Source: Octopus bimaculoides (taxonomy: Eukaryota). Taken from it: a stretch of 64,000 bases of DNA. The position numbers were made by a program, and so were the translations under genes. How positions within the stretch are numbered: position 1 is the stretch's first letter; each line of letters begins with the position of its first letter. Shown piece by piece: positions 37,351-49,651 of the stretch. Below the pieces are notes generated by a model. That model made no database searches, was not told the DNA's origin, and worked only from the letters and a program-made list of their open reading frames with translations. Location: NCBI RefSeq assembly GCF_001194135.2, contig NC_068981.1, positions 78,314,279 to 78,378,278 on the forward strand. Direction: 5' to 3'.

Positions 37351-38199
37351 TACCCAAAGCAGACATTGGTACATGATGCAGTTCCCAGACCTGTCAGATC
37401 ATTTCAAGCTGTCCAACCCATGCCAGCATGAAAGATGGATATTTAAAAATGATGAGGATCACCCTGTGTATCCTTCATTTACTATTATTATTATTATTTT
37501 TTTTTTTTGCGATTAAGTTTGTGTAATTTGAGAGAGATTTATATGCTATTTCTAGAAGATAAATTGATCTCATAGAATTTTGTTGTTGGCTCATGTAATG
37601 GCTCTGTTATTATAAAATATATCACTCCGATGTTATTAGCATGAAATGGGAAGCATGGTTTCATTGTAATATCATCCATAAAGTCATATATCTCAGAAAT
37701 TGTTAAAAGAAATGCAGACTTGCCACCCTTAGGTAGTAATCTATCGTCCATTACTTTTTTTTATATTGTTTACAAATGTGTTAAGTATTTATTTTTTGTT
37801 AATATTAGTTAATACAGGGCAGCTTAGTAGCCTTTTATCTATTTTAATGTACTGAGTTCAAATTCTGCTGAGGTCAGCTTTGCTTTTCATCCTTTCAGGG
37901 TTGATAATATAAGTACCAGTTGAACAGTGGGGTTGATGTAATTCAACTTACTCCTTCCTCCAAAATTGCTGGCCTTGTGCCAAAATTTGAAACCAATATT
38001 AAAACAAAACATGTAAAAGATTTACTATTTCCTGATAAGTGAATACTGTGTAGTTTTTTTTTTTTTATTATTCAGCCCTAGGTCAGCTTTAATCATGTAG
38101 ACATATTACCAAAAGCAATTCAGCCATGATTATCCTCTCTTTATTTATCTGAGATGGGGATTCTTAATGTTTTGTAACTCAGTGCCTCCCACCTTTTCA

Positions 38200-39900
38200 T
38201 AGAATAGAATTTTATCAGGTGATGAAGATCACGGAGAGAGTCATAGCCCAACTAATTGGGGAGAGAGTCTGCTTAGATGAGATGCAGTTCAGTTTTGTGC
38301 CAGGTAGAAGCACTACTGATGCTATATTCCTGGTACAGCAACTGNNNNNNNNNNAGAAGCACTACTGATGCTATATTCCTGGTACAGCAACTGCAGGAGA
38401 AATACCTAGCCAAAGATAAACCCCCTATACTTGGCTTTTGTTGACTTGGAGAAAGCCTTTGACAGGGTACCCCAATCCCTTATCTGGTGGGTGATGCAGA
38501 AACTGGAGATTGACGAGTGGTTAATAAGAGCTGTACTGTCCTTGTACAGGGATGCCATTAGTAAGGTAAGGCTCAGCAATGAGTATTGCAAAGAATTCCG
38601 GGTAGAAGTAGGGAGTCACCAAGGATCAGCTCTCAGCCCCCTCTTATTCCTCATAGTCCTCCAGGCAATAACAGAGGAATTCAAGACAGGTTGCCCCTAG
38701 GAGTTTCTCTATGCTGATGACCTTGCTCTCCTAGCAGAATCACTACCAGAACTAGAGAAGAAATTTCAGGTGTGGAAGCAAGGTTTAGAATCGAAGAGCC
38801 TTAAAGTCAATGTTGCAAAAACCAAAGTACTAGTAAGTAGGAAGGTGAACACATCACAAATCCCTTTAGGTAGATGGCCCTGCTCAATCTGTAGAAAAGA
38901 TGTAGGTAGAAACTCCATAAGATGCACCCAGTGCATAAGAGGTGCAGCAACATCAAAGGAATGTTAACCAGAAGGATAGCTTTCACGTGTAGTAGATGCA
39001 CAAAGGCAATAAACACTGCAGATGCTCAGGAAACTGATTCCATCATATGCCAAGTGGAGAAACTGGAAATAGTTGATAGCTTCCGCTACCTAGGTGACCA
39101 AGTCTGTAGTAGGGGTGAATGTTCAGAGAGCATTGCCACTAGAATAAGAATAGCCTGGGCAAAGTTCAGAAAGCTCCTACCTCTACTGGTGACAAAGGGC
39201 CTCTCACTCAGAGTGAAAGGTAGATTGTATGATGCATGTGTGTGAACTGTCATGCTTCACAGCAGTGAAACATGGGCCATAACTGCTGAAGACATGCATA
39301 GGCTCGAAAGAAATGAAGCTAGCATGATCCACTGGATGTGTAATGTTAGTGTGCACACACCACAGAGTGTAAGCTCCCTGAGAGAAATGTTGGACATGAG
39401 AAGCATCAGACATGGTGTGCAAGAGAGACAACTGTACTGGTATGGTCATGTGCTATGTATGGATGAGGAGAGCTATGTGAAGAAGTGTCACTCCCAAACA
39501 GTGGAGACCCAAGAAGACATGGGATGAGGTGGTGAAGCATGACTTTTGAACATTGGGCCTCACAGAGGCAATAATGAAAGACTGAGACCTCTGGAAATAT
39601 GCTGTGATTGAGAAGACCTGGCAAAGAAAGTGGGATCACAGCCATAGCCTACACCAGTGTCGCATAACCTGCTCATTTAAAAAGTACCTTTGAATCATCA
39701 GATGACATTCCGTGCTTGAGGAGACCTATTGAGTCGAGTAAATCAAAATCAAATCACAATCAAATGGAAATTGTAGTTGTGGCTGTTACCAGTACTGGTG
39801 GCACACGATAAACACCATTCATTCACTGCCAGAGCTACCTGACTGGCTCCCTGTGCCGGTGGCACATAAAAAGCACCATCCAAATGTAGTCATAATCAGC
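38200..39900 (+). mobile_element. 5'-truncated RTE LINE (RT domain to 3' UTR), decayed
   Basis: AFVDLEKAFDRVP, HQGSALSPLLF, YADD at ~38710, SFRYLGD, MLHSSETW, WYGHV; scattered stops. Confidence 0.92.
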
Positions 39901-40969
39901 CACATTTCTGCTCACAGATAACTATATGTACTTCTTATTCATATAGTAATCAGAATGGGTTTCTACAGTAAAAAGAACCCATTCTCTTCTGGCTCCTTCC
40001 CTCATACATTCATTCATCTTCTCTTAGAATAAAGCTATCTCCCATGCCACTGTAGTCCTGCCCCTCCTCAGTTGAAGGGGATCGTAGTATTGAAAATTAC
40101 GTGGTGGTATCATTTGTGCTGGTACTACAAACAGAGCACCCTGTACATGTTGTAAACTGATTGGTGCTTGGAAGGGCATCAGGCCAGGGTAACCATGCCA
40201 AAGTAGACATTCAAGTATGATGCAGTCCACAGACCCACCAGATCCTGCCAAGTATGGAACATGGATGTTAGATGGTGATGGTGGTGGTTGCGGTTATGCT
40301 GCCACTGGATGTAGTGGTCATCATCATCCTGCTCCCTGACATTGTCCTTTTAAAACATGTTTAGTATGAAAGTATTGTACCTGGTTTAGATATTTTATTT
40401 TATTCCTAAGAAAACACATGACACTTCTAAGCACCTATCATACTCTATAGTATCCCCTTGACATTTGTTACCCACATATAAGCTCACAGTGACTCCAAGG
40501 TTAAGAAGCACTAAAAAAAAACTAGGACTAATCTAGGACTACATTGTTCAACATATTCTTAGTCTTTTGAAAATGCTAAATTATATTTTGAAGAAGAATT
40601 GTCTACTATTTCTAACAGATTAAATGATCATGTAGTGACTCCTTTTATGATGTAGATGGGGGTATGTCTTTGTCTGACTTATTCTATATGCATTAGGTAA
40701 TATTTATTAGTACTATAATAAATGAGGGTAAAGTTATGTCTGGCAGAATAGTAGTTAAAAGCAGGCAGTTATTGTTTCAGTATAACTGTCTCTCAGCTTG
40801 ATACTTTTTTTTTTTTTTTTTTTTNNNNNNNNNNTTTTTTTTTTTTTTTTTCTTGTACCAATGATGAAATGCTGAAGTTTCAGTGTGATTGACTTGCCTG
40901 AAGTCACAGCATAATATCAGTCAATCAACTAAATGACATTTTAGTCATATAATATGTAACAGACAAGTT

Positions 40970-41810
40970 TGGCAAATAAAAACATAATCATAAAACCAAT
41001 ATCACACATACTACTACTTCTAAATTAGCAGAAGGGTAGCTTAGCAAAATAGCATTTACTATACTATAATATTGATAAAACAGTAAAGTGTTGGCCTCAC
41101 AAAGCAAAATGTGGCACAAGATAAAACGTGTTCAAAGCTCTTACAGTCATAATGTGTAACTGTGGTGCTAAAGTTGCAATAAAGTCGTGTTCAATGAATG
41201 TTAATATAAATATTTGTGTGTGTATGTACAGAGCTATGTGTTGTCCACCAGTGAATCACGTCATGGCAGATATCCAAAAATCTGGGTAAATCTGACATTA
41301 GACATTCTAAAAATAACGTGAAATTCTTCCAACAAAAATGGTGCACTTATGACTTGATGATCCCCCTGAGAATGGTGATGTGACATTTGTCAATGAGAGT
41401 TAACACAGGCAATGATATAGCTTGTATTTATAATGGACAAGTAATATCAGTCTCATGTACTAAAAACTGCACAGTGTCGAATTAATAGAGTAAGTTGTTT
41501 GCTACATGCAGACAACTTTCTCTAATGTAGCTATCTGTAAAGCTAGTCAGTAGAGAAATTGAGGGAAAAAAAGTCAGTATATGCTTTCCTATAAAATAAT
41601 TAGCTTACATACAGAATAATCCACTGCTAAGTCTATCTATTACTGGTAGATAGTTGCAAATCTTGTTGCAGTTGGAGAAAAGAATTTACTGGTTTAATCT
41701 GGACTATGGTATAATGGCAAACAAAAGGAGTGCACAGTATGAAGCTTACAAGTGTGTAACACTGCAATAGTTTGGCTTTACAAAAAATTAAATGAAATTC
41801 AAGTATAAAA
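40970..41810 (+). repeat. Diverged direct repeat copy 1 (partner 44570-45370)
   Basis: Colinear anchors such as ataatcataaaaccaatatcacac, gacttgatgatcccc, atatagcttgtatttataat, aagaatttactggtttaat. Confidence 0.8.
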
Positions 41811-44569
41811 GTTTGTTGTTTAGTTTCATCTGAAAGTCACATAAATTCTAAATGTAGTAATAAACTTTACTTATATTGAATGTAGCCACTTGGACATGGT
41901 TTGACTAATGTTCATGGTGCTCTGATCATGTAGACTGTACAGAAATTGAAGGAGTTCTGTGTCTCTCATTCTCATCTGTCCTTCATACTAAGAGAAAACA
42001 GTAGAGCTGGGCTTTCAGATAACAGGGGTAATTTTTAGGAGATCAGTACTAATAGTAAGATGTTCAGTTTGGTGGAAATTACAAAATATTGGCATCTGAT
42101 GAAAAGCTTCATATAGCTCTAAATATTGTGGCAGCAAAGGTTTCCTGATTAAATCTTCTTAAACAAAACATGAGTGCAATCTTCTGGCTCATTTGATACT
42201 AATGAAACAATTGTTGATGTGGATTGATTGGAGAGATGTCAACCATGTACCATGATACCAGTTGTCATGGTAGCTTCAGTGTAGTCACTTTTATCTTTTA
42301 TATTTTACTTGTTTCAGTTATTGGACAGTGGGCATGTTGGAGCACCGTCTTAAATTATTTAGTCAAACAAATCTACTCCAGTACCTATTTTTTTAAAGTC
42401 TGGTAGCACTTATTCTATTGATCATTTTAGTTGAGCTGCTAGGTTACAGGGATATAACCCAATGCCAGTTGTCAAGCAATGCAGAAGACAAACACAAAAG
42501 CACATGCACTCATGCACATATACATCTATATGTGTGTGTGTGTGTGTGTATTATTCTTATGCAAGAATGTGTTGGCAGTGACTTTGGAGTTTGAGCCAGC
42601 TAAGCCATCATCTGACAATGACTTAACTGGTTGAAACTTTGAAATCACTGTCAATAATATTCTTAAGAATTATAATTTTGTAATCAACAAAAGTATAGAG
42701 TAACCCATCAAATTAATGTAAAAGTGTTTTTATTATAACTAAACATAAAAACAAACATTAACAGAAAACGTTTGTTTCCACCTACCAAAGAAGACATTAG
42801 TAGGCTCAAGGCTGTAGCAGAAGACACTTGCCTGAGAGGTCATGCAGTGAAACAAAATTATCTGGTTGTACAGTGAGCTTCTTAACCACATGGCCATGCT
42901 GCACCTATCCTATATATTGACTGCTGTGATAGAATCTAACTCAGCCTCCAACATTGCACAGATACCAGGCAAAACAATGAAAACAAGATCATGCTACTAG
43001 TCCAGGTTGACTTCTGTTTAGAGTGCATTTTCAACTGATGATGAGATCTTTAAAGCAGAAAGTGACTATCCAGACTTTATGCAATGGTTGAAAGAACATC
43101 AAGTCAAGAGATTCAAACTTCTATTAAAAGTCCCATAGCTATAACATCTGTAATGGACATAGCCTCAGGCTCTGGAGAAGAGGGCTAATGAAATTGATGT
43201 GTATGTAATAGAAGCTAGAATCTGCAATAGCAAATGCAATAACAGAGGCTTTGACATAATGGTTAACCATACCATACTGACATTTCACACAGTTCTAATC
43301 TTACATCCACATGTCTTGGTTAATTCTTAGTCACACTTACCTTGAAGTAATCAGTTTCTGGATAGTTCAACCTCCTGAGTGTGACAGAATGTGCAGAATA
43401 TCAAAAAATAAACTACTCCTCAAAATAGATATGGTGATTTATATGCTGTATTACAACAAATATTTCCTTCGCTACTCGAGTGAAGCTCTTTCTTAGTTCC
43501 AAGGAAAGAAGTATCATTAAATGTCAGCTGAATTTTCTCCTTGTCTTTCTGATCACTGACTCTGTGTGTAATTAATGAATGAGGAAGTGTACAGAGCTGA
43601 CATTTCCAGTTGTGGAAACATATTTGGTCGCAATAATGTTCTTGCATTTAATGTAAACTGAAATTAGTTGAAGTGTCACAACTCCTTGAGAGAGTGTCTG
43701 TTTGACTTTGTTTGCAGGACATATATGAGTGGTTTATGCTCCTTGCATTCCATGTGCTGTTGAAAATATCTTACAGCAGGTGCACACACAACCAGCAGAT
43801 ATTGACCAACTACACAGTATCTCATTTCAGCAGATCTTTGTTGTTTCTGTTGTTGCAGCACTGTATGTATTGTACTATGTGGAAATATGATTCAGTTGAG
43901 AAGAGACTCCTCCTACCAAACTACTTCCTAGACACTTCCTAGATCTTTACCGAGATATCAGTAAGATGCTCAATAGAAATAATCTCTTCTGAAGTGGAAG
44001 TTAGGATGAGTTACATATTTGTTGGGATTCTTTGAAGAAACAATTGTTTCAAAATATTATTGTTCAATGTACTTTCTCTCAACAATTGTTTCATCTTATG
44101 CAGTAACTGTAATGGCTTGTGATCAACCAACTTTTCTGTAATCAATAGTTGATGTAATCATTTCTTTTCTGATGCAGAAATGCATTTGATAATTCTATTT
44201 TCAACTCATTGTAGCAATTCTTATGGGGAGGAGAATTGACTTCTTGGCCTCTGACAATCTGCAGTGAACCAAACACATATGCAAACTTGGTGTCTTGTTA
44301 AATGATATTCCAGTTGATAAATTGTACTTCTGTTTGAGCAAACCATAAAATGGGATTGTTCAGCCAACAAGGAGATACTTTTAAACTAACTGAAACTACA
44401 TGTATAAATACTAAACTTCTAGGTAGAGGTAGAGAGCTAGGAGTGTGAACTGGTTGTTCAACCACCATGGTGTGGTTAATTTTAAAGGGGTATGACAATG
44501 GTTTTACTGGTTTGCATTGCATCAGGATCACCAATATTAGTATTATATAGTGTATAACTATCAACTTCA

Positions 44570-45370
44570 GCAAATAAGATGATAATTATAAAACCAATAT
44601 CACACTTTCTTGTTACCATTAATGAGCAGAAAGGGAGCTCAGCCAAATAACATTTACTTTGGTGTTAGCCTGACAGTAAAGTTGGCATCACAAAATAAAA
44701 CAACTTGATGCATTGGTTAACTCTGTCCAAAGTTCTCACCTTCTGTATGTAACTGTTTGTGATGGTTGCATTGCAGTAAAGTAGCTCTAATGAATATTAA
44801 TATATATATACAACACTACTTATTATCCGCTAGTGACTTCCAACTGATTCCAAAAGGGTAGAAGTTGCTAAACTAACTCATAAAGTTCCTCCGACAAGAA
44901 TTATTTGTTTACGGCTTGATAATCCCCATGATGTGATTGATGTCTGTCAAAGAAAGCTAATTAACGTTCCTTGTTTAATATAAGCAATAATATAGTTTGT
45001 ATTTATAATAGTTGTAACAGCAGTCCCATATTTTACTAACTGTGCAGAGTATAAAATGTGACTTGCAAGCAACATAGCTCTTCTGTAATGTGACTGTCTG
45101 TAAAGCAATCAACACTGGTTTTTAAAATATTATAATTAATATACAATTGGTATAACCTATGGAACAATCCATCGTTAAGTTAATCTATTTGCTGTTGGAA
45201 TTTTCATGGTCTTGTTGAGATTGATGTAAAGAATTTGCTTGTTTAATGTGAACTGTTATGTTAAGGGATAAGTAATAATAAAGGAATAGATGGTATGAAA
45301 CTCTCAAGCATGTTTTTTATCAATAAGAAACTTTGGCTTCACAACAGAAGAAAAAAGTTCAAATATAAAA
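44570..45370 (+). repeat. Diverged direct repeat copy 2 (partner 40970-41810)
   Basis: Colinear anchors ataattataaaaccaatatcacac, ggcttgataatcccc, atatagtttgtatttataat, aagaatttgcttgtttaat. Confidence 0.8.
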
Positions 45371-46160
45371 ATGTGTTGTCATTACACCTTATTCACTCAA
45401 CTAATATAAAATAATTAAATGTAATTAGTATAATGTAAGAACCCAATGGTGGCCATAATCATCAAAAGACAATTCAGAAATTAATAAAACTGGAAATATG
45501 TCAATATGATTGGTGAAAGGCTTTGCTTAAAACATTGAATATTTTTTTTATAGCCCACAAAGCATATTTATTTATTTATTTATGTGTTTCAGCCAAGTGG
45601 CTGCGGTCAATGAATGTAAAATAATGATTGCTATAAGAAATTCTTTTGAAAATTACAGTTTGTCAAGAAACTATGCAATACTCAACAGTAGATAACTAAA
45701 AGCTTGATTAAAGTATACAATACATATTTTAATATTTATCTAAGCAGCATAGAGGCAGCAGCAGTTTTAATGTAATGATATATTAGCTGTGTGATTAAGA
45801 ACACAATTTCTTTTGTAATTGTTAAGCTATACTCTTTTCAACAAGCTTTTCTTTACTTATAGTTGTGTAGTTTTCATTAGTTGGACTTTCTAGACTGCAT
45901 CCAAATAAAGGCTATTTGAATGATCGATATGAAGTGGCTCCCTGACATACTCTAATCTCTGGCCCACACATGTACTGTTTCCTTATTTTACTTTCTCTAG
46001 CCTCTGTTCATTAGAGATGGCTGACTGGCTACTTTCATGCCTTCTCCTAAGTCCTTCGAAATCACTTATTTCACCTTCTCTCATCACCTGTATTGTACCC
46101 ACCCACCACTCACACATTATCTAGTCCTTCCTCTTCTAGATCTTCAATCCCTCTGAAATT

Positions 46161-46199
<39 letters not shown>

Positions 46200-46866
46200 T
46201 TTCCTGCGGTCTAAATATACTGCTCTCAGGGAAATCTGTGAGATGAAATTTATTTTTACAATTTCTTTGAAGAGCACAGGCATGGGTGTGTTGTCAAGAA
46301 GTTCTCTCTACAACCACATAGTTCTGAACCCAATTCCACTCTTCATGGCTCCTTATACTTGGGTTACTAAATTTTGTTAATAAAATTTGGTTAACAGAAT
46401 TGAGTAGAAACCAATGAGATGTATGTGCATGCATGTGTGTGTGTGTGTGTTGGCATAGGATGAGCATCAAACAAAAGTACCTGATTGCATTTAGAGCCAT
46501 CTGTTATGTCCACTATTCCAGATCAACTTCGCCATTTGTCCTCTTCATCAGAGGTTGATAAATAAGTACCAGACTAAGTACAGTAGTCAATGTAATCAAC
46601 TAAAACCCCCTTAAAGGCAGTACCCCAGCCCACCTGCCATCCAGTGATTCAAATCAGTTAAAGAGTATGAGACATAACTTATCAGATTTATAAAATTAAT
46701 GAAATATGTTGCCACGGTGACTATGTATCTGCAATAACATTAACAATGCAATCAAAAGGGTTCCAACTTGGAATTCAAACCATGTCACTAACAAAGCTCT
46801 CATTGAAAATTACCACCATGCTGCAGCATATACCACAAATATACCAGCAAGATAATGTTTGAAGAT

Positions 46867-46900
<34 letters not shown>

Positions 46901-49236
46901 ATTTAGTCTAAGAAAGAAAAGTAACAACCCAACCTTGTGCAAGATATCCATGATTGATGGAGTGAAAAAGGAGGCAGAAACCATATTACATGGGTTATCT
47001 TTAGACTGGATGATGGCAGCAGAGTGGGTTTCCTAATAGCATTCAATAGCCAGATGGTGGTGTTAAGCTGAGTATTGGGTTAAGTCTGCTGTCTAAAAGT
47101 AGGTACTGTCCATGTGACAGGCTTCCTTCTATATAGTTTCAGTCTACACCATTTCACTTGCAAGGATTCAGGTATCCCAAGGACATGATATTAGATTCTT
47201 ACTTAAAGTGCCGTGCAGTCTGATTAAACTGAGAACCATACAACTGCAAAATAAAATACTCAACCATTTGCATACACATGCGATGCTGTCTATCATGCTC
47301 ACTTAACTGCCTTAATGATCTCTATTTCCATATTAACTGTATTGTTTAAAAGACAGTTAAAAATTTCTTGAATCATTTGGCTTCTCGAGGCTACTTCTTA
47401 TCTCCAGCTATGTAGCATCAAGTTTATAAGAGAGAAATTGTCCATTAAATTCAATTCTTGTCTGATATCAATAACCTTTCTCCAGAAAATCCAGACACTG
47501 ATTCCAATAAGTAACATATAGAAATATAATATCTAATGATATATAAATATACATCTAATAATATAAAACAGTGTAGAATCAAACACACAATCTAAGGGTT
47601 TATTTAATCACTCAGCTGTTTTTACCTCTGCCATCTTGCCAATTGGTCAACATAGTATTTGTGAAATATAAAATACATGACTCATTCTCTTTTAATTATA
47701 TATGTAGTCTTTTATGCCTTTATTGTTTTCAGTTGCTGAACTGCAGCCTTCAAGAGTTGTAGTCAGTCACATCAACACCCAGTATTTAGTTTAGTCTGGA
47801 GCTGTATTAGCAGTCTGTATCTCTTGAATGGTGAAGTTACTTTTTGATGTAAAGGAATGCAAAAGACAATCAAACTCTTACACATACACACATATGTGTC
47901 TGTATACACACACACACATACAATGGGTTTATATACAGTGCATCTTTCTATCATATTTCACTCACAAAGAATTGATCAACCCAATTAGAAAAAGACTTAC
48001 CCAATATACCACACTATAGGATTGAAACCAGAATCATATAGTTGTAAAACAGACTTAGTAACTTGACACTGATGTCCAAGTCTATCATTTTTTTTTTTTT
48101 TTTGATCAGAAAGAATAAGTAACTGCTAATATGCACTAAATTCATAAGGTAGTTGGGTTCTCCCTTCGTCAAGGTTGTCCATTTATTTGCACATGTATGT
48201 ACAAGACAGAGCAACATCTTTTTTGTTTTTGTCAATGGGCAATTGTCCAAACATGGATGTCACCACCCCTCCACACCATCAATGTTTGTCCAAGAAAGAG
48301 AAAGGCTCTTGACTTAGGTCAATACAGCTTAGCACTACTGTCATCACAAGTATTTTTGCTGGACAACAAGAGATGCTTCCAATCTACTGTCCTTGGATCT
48401 GTATGTTTTTATCAGCCCCCCCCCACCTCCACTCACAAAAAAAACAAGATGGAAGTCACAACTGTGACTGAAGTTCTGAGGTTCAACTGAACTTCAGAAC
48501 AAATACCATGAGACATTCAGTCCAGATCCTGAGATATTTTGACACAGCCATTTTAGCACCACATATTTGATGTCACTGAGTTAATGCTAACTTATTTGAC
48601 ATTGCACATTTCAATGTTTCTTTTACTCTCTCTCTCTCTCTCTCTCTCTCAGCATATTTCTCTATATGTGTATGAGAAGAAGGAAACTATTTATATCAGT
48701 CATGTTCTATTAGTAAATCATAATGTCTCTCCCCTCCCCCTCTCTCTATGTATATGTTTCTGTGCATGTGTGTGTCCCCAGTACTAAAAAGTAAAAACAG
48801 ATTCAGTGTCTAGTCAGCCATACCAAATCACCAGTGTTCAAACAGCCACACCCTAATCATCTCATTCCATTCTATCCAGCATACTGATGATTCTGTTGGT
48901 TTGTCAAATATATAGGGTACTAGATAACCATCCAGAGGCTGGTTATCCAACAAGTTCAAATCACATCATGAGCACTTTGGAATTAATAAGAAATATATTG
49001 GCTTGCAGTGCTAGGTCAAGTTCCTTCAGCTGAAAAACTTACATCCACCAGCTCACCCTTCTATCCAGAAATAAGTTTTCATCTGTTTAAAATTATAAAA
49101 TTTGGAAATAGTTACAGGTTTTATGTATTTTTGTCATTCAGAAGAAAGTAAGTTCTCTTTGTCTAATCAAAGGTTTATTAAAAGGACAAAAAGTTTTGAT
49201 CATACACCAAAAATTACAGTTTTAAATATTGTTTTG

Positions 49237-49321
<85 letters not shown>

Positions 49322-49324
49322 ATA

Positions 49325-49385
49325 TATTTGGTTAATGAGAGATGGAAGATATGAGAATTTTTATTAGTCTCTCATTAACCAAATA
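49325..49385. repeat. Perfect 18-bp inverted repeat (hairpin), 25-nt loop
   Basis: tatttggttaatgagaga (49325-42) and tctctcattaaccaaata (49368-85); 4 more pairs outside after a 1x1 mismatch. Confidence 0.92.
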
Positions 49386-49509
49386 CATAACGAACACTGT
49401 GAAAGTGATCGTGCTTTATGAGTAAGCTACTAGGTATAAACCATTCATTTTATTATCTAATAATATATCTATATATATATATGTCTATTTATTTATTTCT
49501 CTCTTCCAG

Positions 49510-49651
49510 TGCCTCCATTCATTGAAGCTGATGAAGTCAAATCTAGACCAGAATATGGTAGCAATGTGCAACTGCACTGCACTGCCTTCGGAACACCAAA
49601 ACCTCACATTCAGTGGTACTTAAATGCTGAAGAAATTACATCCTCTAACAG
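49510..49651 (+). CDS. sdk: Sidekick-like exon, N-half of Ig domain 4 (142 nt, phase 1-2); absent from the ORF track
   Basis: tttctctcttccag acceptor ending 49509; donor ag|gtatt at 49652. G+TG restores Val: VPPFIEADEVKSRPEYGSNVQLHCTAFGTPKPHIQWYLNAEEITSSNR, an I-set Ig N-half (PP.F, C.A.G.P.P...W). Confidence 0.87.

Larger units (their letters stand above)
40440..45370 (+). pseudogene. Heavily decayed ankyrin-repeat-like coding relic(s), interrupted by SINEs
   Basis: Manual translation: GLHCSTYS*SFENAKLYFEEE...NDHVVTPFMM (40536-40652), KSPIAITS/CNGH (43126-43160), LEVISFWIVQPPECD (~43340), VTTP*ESVCLTLFAGHI*VV (43675-43734), VEVAKL (44858-44875); xP-hydrophobic codons at 44827, 44925, 45025 (98+100 = 2x99 nt). 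Confidence 0.42.
17276..49509 (+). other. 32,234-nt GT-AG phase-1 intron of the sidekick-like gene
   Basis: Flanking exons join in frame and give a contiguous Ig3-Ig4 boundary (LTVL-VPPF); no further Ig-like exon found between them by eye. Confidence 0.8.

Noticed and set aside
42086-42130. CUGAUGA-AAAGC...GCUC-UAAA
   Set aside because: G12 missing, stem II mismatched, no stem I; at best a dead relic.
17276-49509. Dscam-style mutually exclusive Ig exon array in the giant intron
   Set aside because: No second exon with Ig motifs and compatible splice phases found by eye; small exons or ones hidden in N gaps cannot be excluded.
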